Below, one piece after another: positions 21,933 to 31,595 of a stretch of 64,000 nucleotides of DNA (positions within the stretch are counted from its first letter, which is position 1; each line of letters opens with the position of its first letter). The DNA is from Promethearchaeota archaeon (lineage in GTDB: Archaea > Asgardarchaeota > Lokiarchaeia > Sigyniarchaeales > SOKP01), in the NCBI GenBank assembly GCA_016840085.1, contig JAEOTA010000081.1:160001-224000 (forward strand), given 5' to 3'. The notes under the pieces were generated by a model that saw only the letters and a list, made by a program, of their open reading frames with translations, made no database searches and was not told where the DNA came from. A program made the translations under genes and the position numbers.

Positions 21933-23771
21933 TCAAGCCAGACGATTTAATTTTTTTTTGATGAAAAAAGTTGCTTTAATAATAATATATGATACAACAG
22001 CAATTATGAAAATTATAGCTGAAATTAAAAATAAATCCGGAAAGTCCATTTCTTCGTTCATCTTTTCATAAATAGGACCTAGTCCATTATCTTCTAAAGA
22101 ATTTCCCGAAATTTTATTGAACTTACTTTCTTCTAAATATATACCATATTTAAAATTCTTATTAGCGATATTGTAAGTTAAAGTGTTATTATTGGAATAC
22201 CATAAATGAAAACCATGTTGATCATTATTATTAGCGGTGTTGTTAGTTATTGTATTATTATTAGAATAGCTGAGAAAAAAACCATTGAGATTACCCGTTG
22301 CAGTATTATTTATTAAGATATTATTATTGGAAGAACCTAGGTAAACCCCGAGATAAGTGTTATCCTTTATCTCATTACTCATCAAGGAATTATTATAGGA
22401 TGAATCGAGGGATAACCCATGCCTATTATTCGTTATGTTATTGAAAGTCAAAGTATTGAAATTGCTTGAGTTGATTGTGATTCCATTAATATTGCCAATT
22501 GCAGTATTGTCCTCTAAGCTGTTATTATAGGAATCTTTAAGAAGGAAACCATATATATTATTCTTCGCGATATTATTTTCCAATTTTCCGTGTGTCACAT
22601 TCTCTAAATAAAAACCAAAATAATTATTTAAAAAACCATTACTCACTCTTACATTTCTGATTTTAAAATAGATATCCGTGTTTTGAATATGAACTCCGTG
22701 TCCCACTGAAGCAACAATTTCATAATTTTCGATAATATAGGGATTGTTGTAAGTTCCATCACCAGAATAGTTATAAGCAACCGCTTTTTGATAAAAATCA
22801 GAATTTCCATCAACATGAATAGTATAGCTAACAATAACTTCGATTATATTCGAATCTAGTTCTTCATATTTATTAATTGCTTTTACAAAAAATTCATAAG
22901 TTCCTATAGCTAAATTATGGATGGTGTAATCTGTTGTTGTTAATCTTTCAGCTATAATTTCATTATTTTGATATAATGTATAACTATCAGCATACTTCGA
23001 AACTGTCCAGGTTAGTGTGAATGATCCATCCTCATCGAAGCCATCGACGTCTGAAAATAAAGTAAATGGTTGCGGACCGCGACCGCATATATTATCTGAA
23101 ATATTATTCCATATGCAATTTTTCTCATAAATGCAATCTATACCATTACGCAATAAAACATTTTCCGAAATTGTATTATTATTGCTATTATCTAAAAATA
23201 TACCGTATTCAATATTATCATTAGCAGTATTATTAATTAGGGAATTATTTGTGGAATACCAGATCCGAAATCCATGTAAATTGTCATTTGCAATATTACC
23301 TTCCAAGGTGTTATTATCGGAATCTTTGAAGAGGAAACTAGCGATATTATTATTAGCAGTATTGTTTATCAATTTTCCGTTAGTTATATTATTGAAATAA
23401 AATCCATGTTTATAGTTTGAAGCACCATTGCTTATGATCACATTTTTGATAATGAAATAGAGATCCGTGTTTCGAATCTCGATTCCGTGATCGTCGAAGG
23501 AGGTACTGATAATATAATTTTCAATAATGTAAGGGTTACTGAGAGTTCCATCGCCATCCCAACCCTCGCTACTTGCTTTAACAGTAAACATATTATTACC
23601 ATCAATAAAAATAGGATTATGATTTTCCGATATTTTAAGATATTCATTATTTTTCTTGTTTCTATTTGTTTGTAATATTTCGTGAGTATTGAAATAGAGT
23701 ATTGACACTATGAAAAATATACAGAAGATGAGAGTTAGTATTAAAACGTTTTTCTTTCTATTACTCATCAT
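21933..23771 (-). CDS. Membrane-anchored NosD/CASH parallel beta-helix surface protein with a central Fn3-like domain
   Basis: N- and C-terminal TM segments; duplicated GDGT..NPYIIENY unit; G.L..S.NN.L..N.A..N repeats; LTW...ADSY.LY...Y.F.VKA.N. Confidence 0.85.
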   Translation of the reverse strand: MMSNRKKNVLILTLIFCIFFIVSILYFNTHEILQTNRNKKNNEYLKISENHNPIFIDGNNMFTVKASSEGWDGDGTLSNPYIIENYIISTSFDDHGIEIRNTDLYFIIKNVIISNGASNYKHGFYFNNITNGKLINNTANNNIASFLFKDSDNNTLEGNIANDNLHGFRIWYSTNNSLINNTANDNIEYGIFLDNSNNNTISENVLLRNGIDCIYEKNCIWNNISDNICGRGPQPFTLFSDVDGFDEDGSFTLTWTVSKYADSYTLYQNNEIIAERLTTTDYTIHNLAIGTYEFFVKAINKYEELDSNIIEVIVSYTIHVDGNSDFYQKAVAYNYSGDGTYNNPYIIENYEIVASVGHGVHIQNTDIYFKIRNVRVSNGFLNNYFGFYLENVTHGKLENNIAKNNIYGFLLKDSYNNSLEDNTAIGNINGITINSSNFNTLTFNNITNNRHGLSLDSSYNNSLMSNEIKDNTYLGVYLGSSNNNILINNTATGNLNGFFLSYSNNNTITNNTANNNDQHGFHLWYSNNNTLTYNIANKNFKYGIYLEESKFNKISGNSLEDNGLGPIYEKMNEEMDFPDLFLISAIIFIIAVVSYIIIKATFFIKKKLNRLA

Positions 23772-23959
23772 TTTTCATATTGGTTTTATTATTTAATTTT
23801 TATTATCTACCAATAGATAAGGAACTGTTATTTAAATTTTATATTTTATTAGCTTTTTAGATCCATTTTATGAAGGCTAAATAAGCTCTTAATTGAATGA
23901 ACATATTTGATTATAATTAAAAATTTTGAAATTATATAATAGGATTTTTTAAATAAATT

Positions 23960-24234
23960 CTCATTTTGCTATAACTTTGGATTTTTTTTCGCTTTTGAGA
24001 ACAAGATTTCTAGCAATTAATAAATTTTTAGTTAAATTATGATTTATTACGTTAATTTTTATCTCCTTTTCATAAAATTTAATTATATATGCTCGAATCT
24101 TTAGATATATTGTCAATTATAGCAAATCCAATCTCCTTTAAGTTATTCAAAGACTTTATTGAATCTAAATGTCATTTAAGGAATTTTGCTTTATTATATA
24201 AGGAAAAATTTACTAATTTTTTAGGATTTGTCAT
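23960..24234 (-). pseudogene. Degenerate GT2 5' remnant
   Basis: MTNPKKLVNFSLYNKAKFLK*HLDSIKSL...AIIDNISKDSS follows the GT2 N-terminal pattern (P.YN...LDSI...IIDN.S.D.S); multiple stops; left end approximate. Confidence 0.6.
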
Positions 24235-24455
24235 TTATACTGTTTAAAAGGCTCTAATATCTCAAAAAGGATTTTGTTATGTTCCTAAAAGTTTTACAAA
24301 AAGATATTTAACATAAAAATATTTTGAAAATTAACTCAATCCAAAAGCAAGAATTCAATACCTTTATTATTTTTATTTTAATTTTTCATTATTTACTTCA
24401 TTTTTCTATGAATCAAGAGCAATAGACACCTTTTGTTTAAAAAGACGAGAAGTAA

Positions 24456-24833
24456 GTTCTACACGGTGGTATTATCATTTCTGAATTTGGATGGGGGTCG
24501 ACTTTTATTTACTATGATTATCCGTTTGGAGATAACCATAAAACACTACCATTAAAATCAATTCATTTTTTTTTAGATGTAAATTCTTCTACATTACATC
24601 CCTCCTTACATTATCCGAATGGTATTAATATATTGAAGAAATTGAAGGCAGAATATAATACTGATGTTATAATAATCTTGCCGGGATATTACTATTCACT
24701 ACTTAGTTGGAGTTTCTTTGATCAGCTTAATGAAGAGGAAAAAGAAGTATATTATACGCTCGAATATTTAAATCGAATTTTTTCAGCTAAGACAGAAGCA
24801 GGTGAAGAAACACCTTATTATTGGGTTATATGA
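24456..24833 (+). pseudogene. 3' remnant of a larger gene, probably the soluble tail of a GT-C-like protein
   Basis: 126 codons open after a stop at 24453 (IISEFGWGSTFIYYDYPF...YLNRIFSAK...YYWVI*), with no plausible start at the 5' end. Confidence 0.5.
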
Positions 24834-25017
24834 ATAAATTTATTGATTAAAAGAATAATAATTCAGGAATTTTCGTAAAAGGGCAAATTATAAGGATACT
24901 TGTAATGAAAGAAAGTTTTGATATCATTAAATGTTAATAAATTTTGTAAATATTTTTGAGATGAGAGTTTATTGATTTATTATAGTGTGAAACGCACAAA
25001 AATTAAGCGTGTTTTAA

Positions 25018-25526
25018 ATGGATAGGCAAAGAATATTAAGAGAAGCCCAAAAATTGCCTTAAAATTTTCATTTTGGATGGTTTCAGGGAACATTGCTCAC
25101 TTATATGGACATATGTATGAAATACCTGAAAAAAAATATGAATTAGTAATAAAATTTGGCGAGAATTTCCCAAATCCCCCTCCTAAACTAGTGGATCATG
25201 ATGAAATAAAGAGAGTATTAGGGGATTTTCAATTAAAAAATATAACAAATTGGGCTCCTGAGAAAGCTGTAATTGATATTATTGAAGAACTTAATATGAA
25301 AATTCAAGAAACATTAGAAATGCCAAAAGAAGAGTTGATTTCACCAAAAACCGAGGAATATATCACTCCTGATTTAAATGCATATCCCCCAGATGCCGAG
25401 TTGAATAAATATCTTACTCCCTCTTATACTGAAAATGAATTTTTCTAAGATAAACCGCCAGAGATTTCTGATCTTCATTTAACTGAAAATTCCATAAATG
25501 AATCAAAAACTATACCACGAGAGTGA
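25018..25526 (+). pseudogene. Diverged 5' copy of the RWD-repeat RING gene
   Basis: MDRQRILREAQK, then a 1-nt frameshift, then FSFWMVSGNIAHLYG...EEYITPDLN; TAA at 25446 replaces Tyr; matches 29544 to about 30065. Confidence 0.92.
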
Positions 25527-25527
25527 A

Positions 25528-25800
25528 AGTGTATTAGTAATTTTAGATTCAGATCATTCAAAGAATCATGTTCTTACAGAATTAAAAATCTATAGTAAGA
25601 TTGTGACTATAGGTAGTTATATCATTGTAGAAGATTTAAATATTAATGGAGATCCCATTTTACCTTAATTTGGTCCGAGTCCTATGGAAGCTATCAAGGA
25701 ATTTTTGAAAGATAATAATAATTTTATAATTGATAAATCCAAGGAAAAATTTTTTATAACCTTCTTTTCTCCAAATGGTTATCTTAAAAGAATAAAATAA
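25528..25800 (+). pseudogene. 3' remnant of a CmcI/rhamnosyl O-methyltransferase-family gene
   Basis: VLVILDSDHSKNHVLTELKIYSKIVTIGSYIIVED...*FGPSPMEAIKEFL...IDKSKEKFFITF.SPNGYLKRIK; internal stop at 25666. Confidence 0.8.
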
Positions 25801-25911
25801 GTGAGTTGTATCTTAAAAAAATCAATATTTTTAATCAAATTACCAAATATTTATGAGATTTATTTAATCTAATTGAATTATATTCCTTTTCTTAAAAATC
25901 AGATCGTCATA

Positions 25912-25929
25912 ATCTGACATTTGTCAGAT
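25912..25929. promoter_or_regulatory. Inverted repeat ATCTGACA-tt-TGTCAGAT upstream of the rml operon
   Basis: Perfect 8-bp arms about 135 nt before rmlA. Confidence 0.4.
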
Positions 25930-26063
25930 GATATAAAGAAGAAAATGAGAAAAAATCATTAAATACGGGTATATCTTATAAAAAAATCTTAAAATAAAAG
26001 AATAAAAAATAATATTAAAGAATTAAAAATATTACGAATTAAACCCAAATATTCAAAAAATAG

Positions 26064-26813
26064 TTGAGTATTATTAAAGGAGTTATTTTAGCGGGAGGAA
26101 CGGGTTCAAGGTTATCTCCTTTAACCAAAGTAACAAACAAACATCTTTTACCCGTTTATAATGAGCCAATGATTTATAAGGTTATTAAAACTCTAACTAA
26201 TTCAGGAATTGGAGATATTACTATTGTATTGGGTGGAGAGAGTGTTGGCGATTTTGTAAGATTACTGGGGGATGGTAGCGAATTTAATGCTAGTTTTAGT
26301 TATGTTTATCAACAAAAAGCGGGAGGTATAGCAGAAGCTTTATATTTAACAAAAAAAATTGTTGAGGGGGACAAAGTGGCTGTTATTTTAGGAGATAATA
26401 TATTCGAAAATACTTTCAAGTCCGAAATTGAGGAATTTGAAAAAACAAACGCATATCAATGTTGCTTATTTTTGAAAGAAGTAAAGGATCCAAAAAGATT
26501 TGGTGTTGCAGAATTAGATGGAAGAAATACTATAAAATCAATTGAGGAAAAACCAAAAAATCCACAAAGTAACTTTGCTGTGACAGGGTTATATATCTAT
26601 GATGAAAATATTTTCAAAGTAATTAATTATATTATCAATAAAATCGGATATTCAAAACGAGGAGAACTAGAAATTACTGATGTTAATAACTACTATATTA
26701 AGAATTACAAAACCAAAGCAGTAAAAGTGGACGGTTTTTGGTCAGATGCTGGAACTTTCGATACTTTAATCAAATCTAGTAATTTTATTCAATCAGTTTT
26801 AAAAAAGGAATAA
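26064..26813 (+). CDS. rmlA: Glucose-1-phosphate thymidylyltransferase
   Basis: LAGGTGSRL.P.T...NKHLLPV, LGDN, EEKP, RGELEITD. Confidence 0.93.
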   Translation: MSIIKGVILAGGTGSRLSPLTKVTNKHLLPVYNEPMIYKVIKTLTNSGIGDITIVLGGESVGDFVRLLGDGSEFNASFSYVYQQKAGGIAEALYLTKKIVEGDKVAVILGDNIFENTFKSEIEEFEKTNAYQCCLFLKEVKDPKRFGVAELDGRNTIKSIEEKPKNPQSNFAVTGLYIYDENIFKVINYIINKIGYSKRGELEITDVNNYYIKNYKTKAVKVDGFWSDAGTFDTLIKSSNFIQSVLKKE

Positions 26814-26864
26814 AAGGATACTAACAAATAAAATTATTTAATTAGTTTTAGTGAGAATTTAAAA

Positions 26865-27326
26865 ATGGATTTAATTGAAGGGTTGGCAATAAAAAGTTTA
26901 AAACCAAATTTAGATGAGAGAGGTTATTTGCAGGAGTGTTTTAGATCAGATTGGTCGATATTTAAAAAATTTGGTCAAGCTTATATTACTATAGCATTTC
27001 CTGGTGTTGTTAAAGCATGGCATATGCACAAGATACAAACAGATAATATGGTATGTATATATGGAAATGCAAAGTTAGTTTTATGTGATAATAGAGAAAC
27101 AAGTTCTACTTATAAAAAAGTAACTGAGATCTTTTTTGGGGAAAAAAATCCTCTTTTAGTAAATATACCTCCTAATATTTGGCATGGTTTTAAAGCAATT
27201 GGGGGAAGAAAAATTATTGTCTTAAATTGTCCCACAGAACTCTATAATTATGAAAATCCCGATGAATTTCGATTACCTTATGATAGTGAAGAAATAGATT
27301 ATGATTGGGACATTAAAATGGGATAA
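26865..27326 (+). CDS. rmlC: dTDP-4-dehydrorhamnose 3,5-epimerase
   Basis: DERG, AWH.H, WHGF cupin motifs, operon context. Confidence 0.9.
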   Translation: MDLIEGLAIKSLKPNLDERGYLQECFRSDWSIFKKFGQAYITIAFPGVVKAWHMHKIQTDNMVCIYGNAKLVLCDNRETSSTYKKVTEIFFGEKNPLLVNIPPNIWHGFKAIGGRKIIVLNCPTELYNYENPDEFRLPYDSEEIDYDWDIKMG

Positions 27327-27346
27327 ACTCTAAAATTATAAAAAAT

Positions 27347-28378
27347 ATGAGTGAAATGAAGAATATCTTAGTTACAGGAGGAATGGGGTTTATCGGAAGT
27401 AATTTCATTAGATTTATTCTTGATTTAAATCAAGATTTCAATATTATTAATGTTGATAAATTAACCTACGCAGGCAATCCTGAAAATTTAAAAGAATTTA
27501 CTGATAAATTTTCAAACTGCTACAGATTTTATAAAAATGATATTTGTGATTTTGATTCGATTGATAAAATTGTTAAAAAAGAAAATATAGAGTATATTAT
27601 TAATTTTGCAGCAGAATCTCATGTAGACCGTTCGATTAATAATTCCACTACTTTTTGTAATACAAATTTTATGGGAACACAGTCCTTATTAAATGCTGCT
27701 AAAATAAATGGTATTAGAAAATTTCTGCAAATTTCTACTGATGAAGTCTATGGATCTTTAGATTTTGAAGACCCTCCTTTTACTGAGCAAACTCCTTTAG
27801 CTCCAAACAGTCCTTATTCTGCAAGTAAAGCTTCAGCTGATCTTTTAGTAAATGCTTATTATAAAACCTTTGGATTACCTGTAAACATAACTCGCTGTTC
27901 TAATAATTATGGACTTTATCAATTTCCTGAAAAATTTATTCCTTTAATGATCACCAATGCCTTAAATAACAAAAAACTCCCTGTTTATGGAAAAGGGATT
28001 AATATTAGAGATTGGATTTACGTAGAAGATCATTGTAAAGCAATTTTAGAAGTTCTATTAAATGGAAGAATTGGAGAAACTTATAATATCGGTGGAGATT
28101 CTGAGATTGCTAATATTGATTTAGTTAAAATAATATTAAAACATTTAAATAAACCTGAATCTCTCATAACTTTTGTAAAGGATCGTCCAGGACATGATTT
28201 ACGGTATGCTATTAATCACGATAAAATTACAAGAGAACTAAATTGGAAACCTAATATAAAATTCGAAAATGGATTAGAAATAACCATTCAATGGTATAAG
28301 CACAACGAAAATTGGTTAAATAACGTGATAAGCAAAGAATATCTTAAATATTATGAGCACCAATATAAAAACAGATAA
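27347..28378 (+). CDS. rmlB: dTDP-glucose 4,6-dehydratase
   Basis: GGMGFIG, DKLTYAGN, AAESHVDRS, STDEVYG, YSASK, DRPGHD. Confidence 0.96.
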   Translation: MSEMKNILVTGGMGFIGSNFIRFILDLNQDFNIINVDKLTYAGNPENLKEFTDKFSNCYRFYKNDICDFDSIDKIVKKENIEYIINFAAESHVDRSINNSTTFCNTNFMGTQSLLNAAKINGIRKFLQISTDEVYGSLDFEDPPFTEQTPLAPNSPYSASKASADLLVNAYYKTFGLPVNITRCSNNYGLYQFPEKFIPLMITNALNNKKLPVYGKGINIRDWIYVEDHCKAILEVLLNGRIGETYNIGGDSEIANIDLVKIILKHLNKPESLITFVKDRPGHDLRYAINHDKITRELNWKPNIKFENGLEITIQWYKHNENWLNNVISKEYLKYYEHQYKNR

Positions 28379-29288
28379 AAACCTTAAAAAAGTTCTGATA
28401 GTGGGTGCAAACGGATTTTTAGGCACTAATTTATTAAGATTTAGAACTTCTCATGACTATATAAGTCAAAATCTGGATTTAATTGCTGCGGATCTAGATA
28501 ATTCAAATATTCCCTCTGATGTTCAATTTCATAAGATTAATATTACCAACCATGAACAAACTCGTAAAAAAATCACTAAAATTGCTCCAGATATCGTCAT
28601 TCTGACCGCAGCCATGACAAATGTGGATCAATGCGAAGTTAATAAAAATCTTGCAACTAAAGTAAATGTAGAAGGACCATTTAACATAATTAAGGCATGT
28701 AAAAAGACAGGTTCTAAATTAATTTTTATATCAACAGATTTTATATTTGATGGAATGAAAAAAAGAGGGTATTCTTATAAAGAAACTGACGTTCCAAATC
28801 CTTTAAGTTATTATGCAAAAACTAAATATGAAGCAGAATTGGTTATTTTCAGTTCTGGGATTGAATATTTAATATGTAGAACTGGAGTATTATATGGTTG
28901 GAATGAAAAGAAATTGAATTTTATTACATGGATTTTAAATAACCTAGAACAAAATAAACCAATATCAATCATTACAAATCAGATTAACTCCCCTACTTTT
29001 ATAGCTAATTTAGCTCAAATATTATTAAAATTAGTTGAAAAAGAAGCCAAGGGGATTTATCATACGGTAGGAGATTGCGCTTTAAATAGATATGAAATAG
29101 CTTTAAAATGTGCGGATATTTTTGAATACCATAAAGATCTGATTACTCCAATAGATCATTTAGAACAGAAAGCGATAAGACCTAAAAATGCTAGCTTAGA
29201 TATAACAAAATTAAAAAATTTACTAGGATCAGAACTTAAAATTTTTAATCTTGATGATGGTTTAAAATATATGAGAAATTTTAAGTAA
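28353..29288 (+). CDS. rmlD: dTDP-4-dehydrorhamnose reductase
   Basis: GANGFLG, AAMTNVD.CE, STDFIFDG, YAKTK. Confidence 0.92.
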   Translation: MSTNIKTDKNLKKVLIVGANGFLGTNLLRFRTSHDYISQNLDLIAADLDNSNIPSDVQFHKINITNHEQTRKKITKIAPDIVILTAAMTNVDQCEVNKNLATKVNVEGPFNIIKACKKTGSKLIFISTDFIFDGMKKRGYSYKETDVPNPLSYYAKTKYEAELVIFSSGIEYLICRTGVLYGWNEKKLNFITWILNNLEQNKPISIITNQINSPTFIANLAQILLKLVEKEAKGIYHTVGDCALNRYEIALKCADIFEYHKDLITPIDHLEQKAIRPKNASLDITKLKNLLGSELKIFNLDDGLKYMRNFK

Positions 29289-29543
29289 ATTTAAAGAGTA
29301 TATTAAATTTATCAACTCTATTCTAATTATTTAAATTTTATAATGTAATTTTGTAATATTTGATTTAGAAATTTTACAAATTCTTTCAAAATATAATTTA
29401 TTCAGAAATAGTATCTTTTAATAATTATAAAAAGATATTTTCACGAAATTAAAAGAAGTACTAATATTAAATATTCAATAATATTTTTAAGAGAATTCTT
29501 TAATGTTCTTTATATACAAAAAGTAAAAAATTCTGATATCTAA

Positions 29544-31196
29544 ATGGATACACAAAGAATATTAAAAGAAGCCCAAAAACTCGCTGCAAGGTTTTCTTTT
29601 TGGATGGTCTCAGGAAATATCACTCACTTATATGGATATATGTATGAGACTGCTGGAAAAAAATATGAATTAGAAATAAAATTTGATGAAAATTTTCCAG
29701 ATTCTCCTCCTCAATTCTTATATCATAATGAAATTAAAGAATTACTTGGCGATTTTCAATTAGAAAAAATATCAAATTGGAGTCCTGAATTCGCCGTAGT
29801 TGAAATTGTTGAAGAACTTAAAATGAAAATTCAAGAGATATTACAATCTCCTAAAGAAGAGTTGATTTCACCAGAAACTGAGGAATATATCACTCCTGAT
29901 TTAAATGTATATCCTCCAGATGTAAAATTTGATGAATATGTTACACCTTCATATTCTGATGATGATTTTTTTTATGAGGAGCCACCAGATACTAGTTCTC
30001 AAGATATTCCAGATTTTAATTCGACTGAAAATTCTAAAATAGAGTCAAAAATTACACCGAAAGAACCAATCTTTAAGGAACCTGAATCGATGAGTATAGC
30101 TCTAAACACTGAATTAGGTTTAATTCAGCAAGAATATGCTTATGACCAAAGAAGTTCGAAAGAAGCAGATATTAATGTGTATATGACAATTACTCTAACA
30201 AAAACATTTAATATTTCAATAGATTTTGTAAATTATCCTGAAAGACCAATAATTGTTTTCCCTGAAGAGATCGGACATCTACTGGGAGATCCTTATAAGA
30301 CTTTAAACTCATTAAAGTCATGGGATTCTAAAGAACCGTTACATATTGTAGACATTTTACATGAATTAGAAAAAAAATTGCATTTCATTAAAGAGATAGA
30401 AACTCAAACTAAAAAAATTTCAGGAGAATATGAATGTGAAACTGTTTCAGATAGTTTAACCAAATTGAAGGTGCATTTATTAACATATGGTTTCAAAGAT
30501 TATACTATGGATATAGATTTAGAGTCATATCCTAAAGCTCCTATTATAAACCTATCTCCTGAATTGCAACAAATTATTCCTCTCCCACTAACAGAACTAA
30601 ACTCCCATAAAAATTGGAGAGAAGAAGAATCCGAGCCCGTTGAAATTGTTAGAGAAATATCTTGGTTAGTTGATAAATTTTCAAGAATTAACTTCGAAAT
30701 TGATTTATTGAAAGACCATTATAAGAATATGAAATACGATACCGAGACTTCAACGTTAAATGTGGATATGAAAGGTAAAATGAAGACTCAAGATCTCACT
30801 TTTGAATTTCAAATTAATTTACCTTTAGAATATCCTATGAAGATGCCTGAAATAAAAGTTGTAAATGAATTTGAATTAGAGGCACATGAAAAAATTAAAG
30901 AAGATTTACACACATCTTTTGATGATTTCTTTGATGAATGGACGCCTTTTAGCTATCTCATTGACTTATTTAATTTGATTTCAAAGAAAATTTTTGAAGT
31001 ATCAGTTGTCTCATGTGTAATATGCCATAAAATAGAATGTCCAAGTTGTACAAAAAAAATTGGTGGTGATGATAGTTGCCATGCGGAGTGTCCTTACTGC
31101 GAAAAACAATATCATCTTCACTGTTGGCAGCAAACTATTAAATCTTTTGGCAAATGTGGCTTTTGCCTTAAAGCTCCTCCTCCAAGTATGATGTAA
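29544..31196 (+). CDS. Four RWD/UBC-like (E2-fold) repeats plus a C-terminal C4HC3 RING; putative E3 ubiquitin ligase
   Basis: Four (F/Y)PxxxP-type motifs after beta strands (ENFPDSPP, NYPERP, SYPKAP, EYPMKMP); C-terminal CVICH..CPSC..CPYC-x4-H-x2-CW..CGFC. Confidence 0.75.
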   Translation: MDTQRILKEAQKLAARFSFWMVSGNITHLYGYMYETAGKKYELEIKFDENFPDSPPQFLYHNEIKELLGDFQLEKISNWSPEFAVVEIVEELKMKIQEILQSPKEELISPETEEYITPDLNVYPPDVKFDEYVTPSYSDDDFFYEEPPDTSSQDIPDFNSTENSKIESKITPKEPIFKEPESMSIALNTELGLIQQEYAYDQRSSKEADINVYMTITLTKTFNISIDFVNYPERPIIVFPEEIGHLLGDPYKTLNSLKSWDSKEPLHIVDILHELEKKLHFIKEIETQTKKISGEYECETVSDSLTKLKVHLLTYGFKDYTMDIDLESYPKAPIINLSPELQQIIPLPLTELNSHKNWREEESEPVEIVREISWLVDKFSRINFEIDLLKDHYKNMKYDTETSTLNVDMKGKMKTQDLTFEFQINLPLEYPMKMPEIKVVNEFELEAHEKIKEDLHTSFDDFFDEWTPFSYLIDLFNLISKKIFEVSVVSCVICHKIECPSCTKKIGGDDSCHAECPYCEKQYHLHCWQQTIKSFGKCGFCLKAPPPSMM

Positions 31197-31434
31197 TTGT
31201 AAGATTAAGGAAGTAAATTTTGATTTTTTGCATAAAATTTTTGATAAATAAAAAAGACTTAATTAGAATATTAATTTTAAAAGTTAGTCCTAGAATTCTT
31301 AAAAAATTCGAATATGTCATTCTACTATTAAGAAAAGGTATTTCTAAATGAATTTTTTATAATTTTAAAAATAATTTAAACAATGTTCAGATTTAAAAAT
31401 ATTGCAATCTTTAGAAATAGATTTTGTTCAAGTG

Positions 31435-31491
31435 TTTTCTGTCCTATTTTGATGCCAAAATACGGAAAGGGACTCTCTATTAAGAGATTTT
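31435..31491 (+). promoter_or_regulatory. Structured 5' region of ileS with alternative hairpins
   Basis: TATTTTG-atgc-CAAAATA stem, extendable by TTTTCTG/CGGAAAG or GTCC/GGAC; then TCTCT-atta-AGAGA-TTTT. Confidence 0.35.
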
Positions 31492-31595
31492 ATATAATTT
31501 TTAAATTGAAAATTTAGTTATGTAAGTTCTTAGATGAATTAATTAAATTTTTTTAATATGCTCCTCTTATTATAAACAATCAAATATGGAACTAG

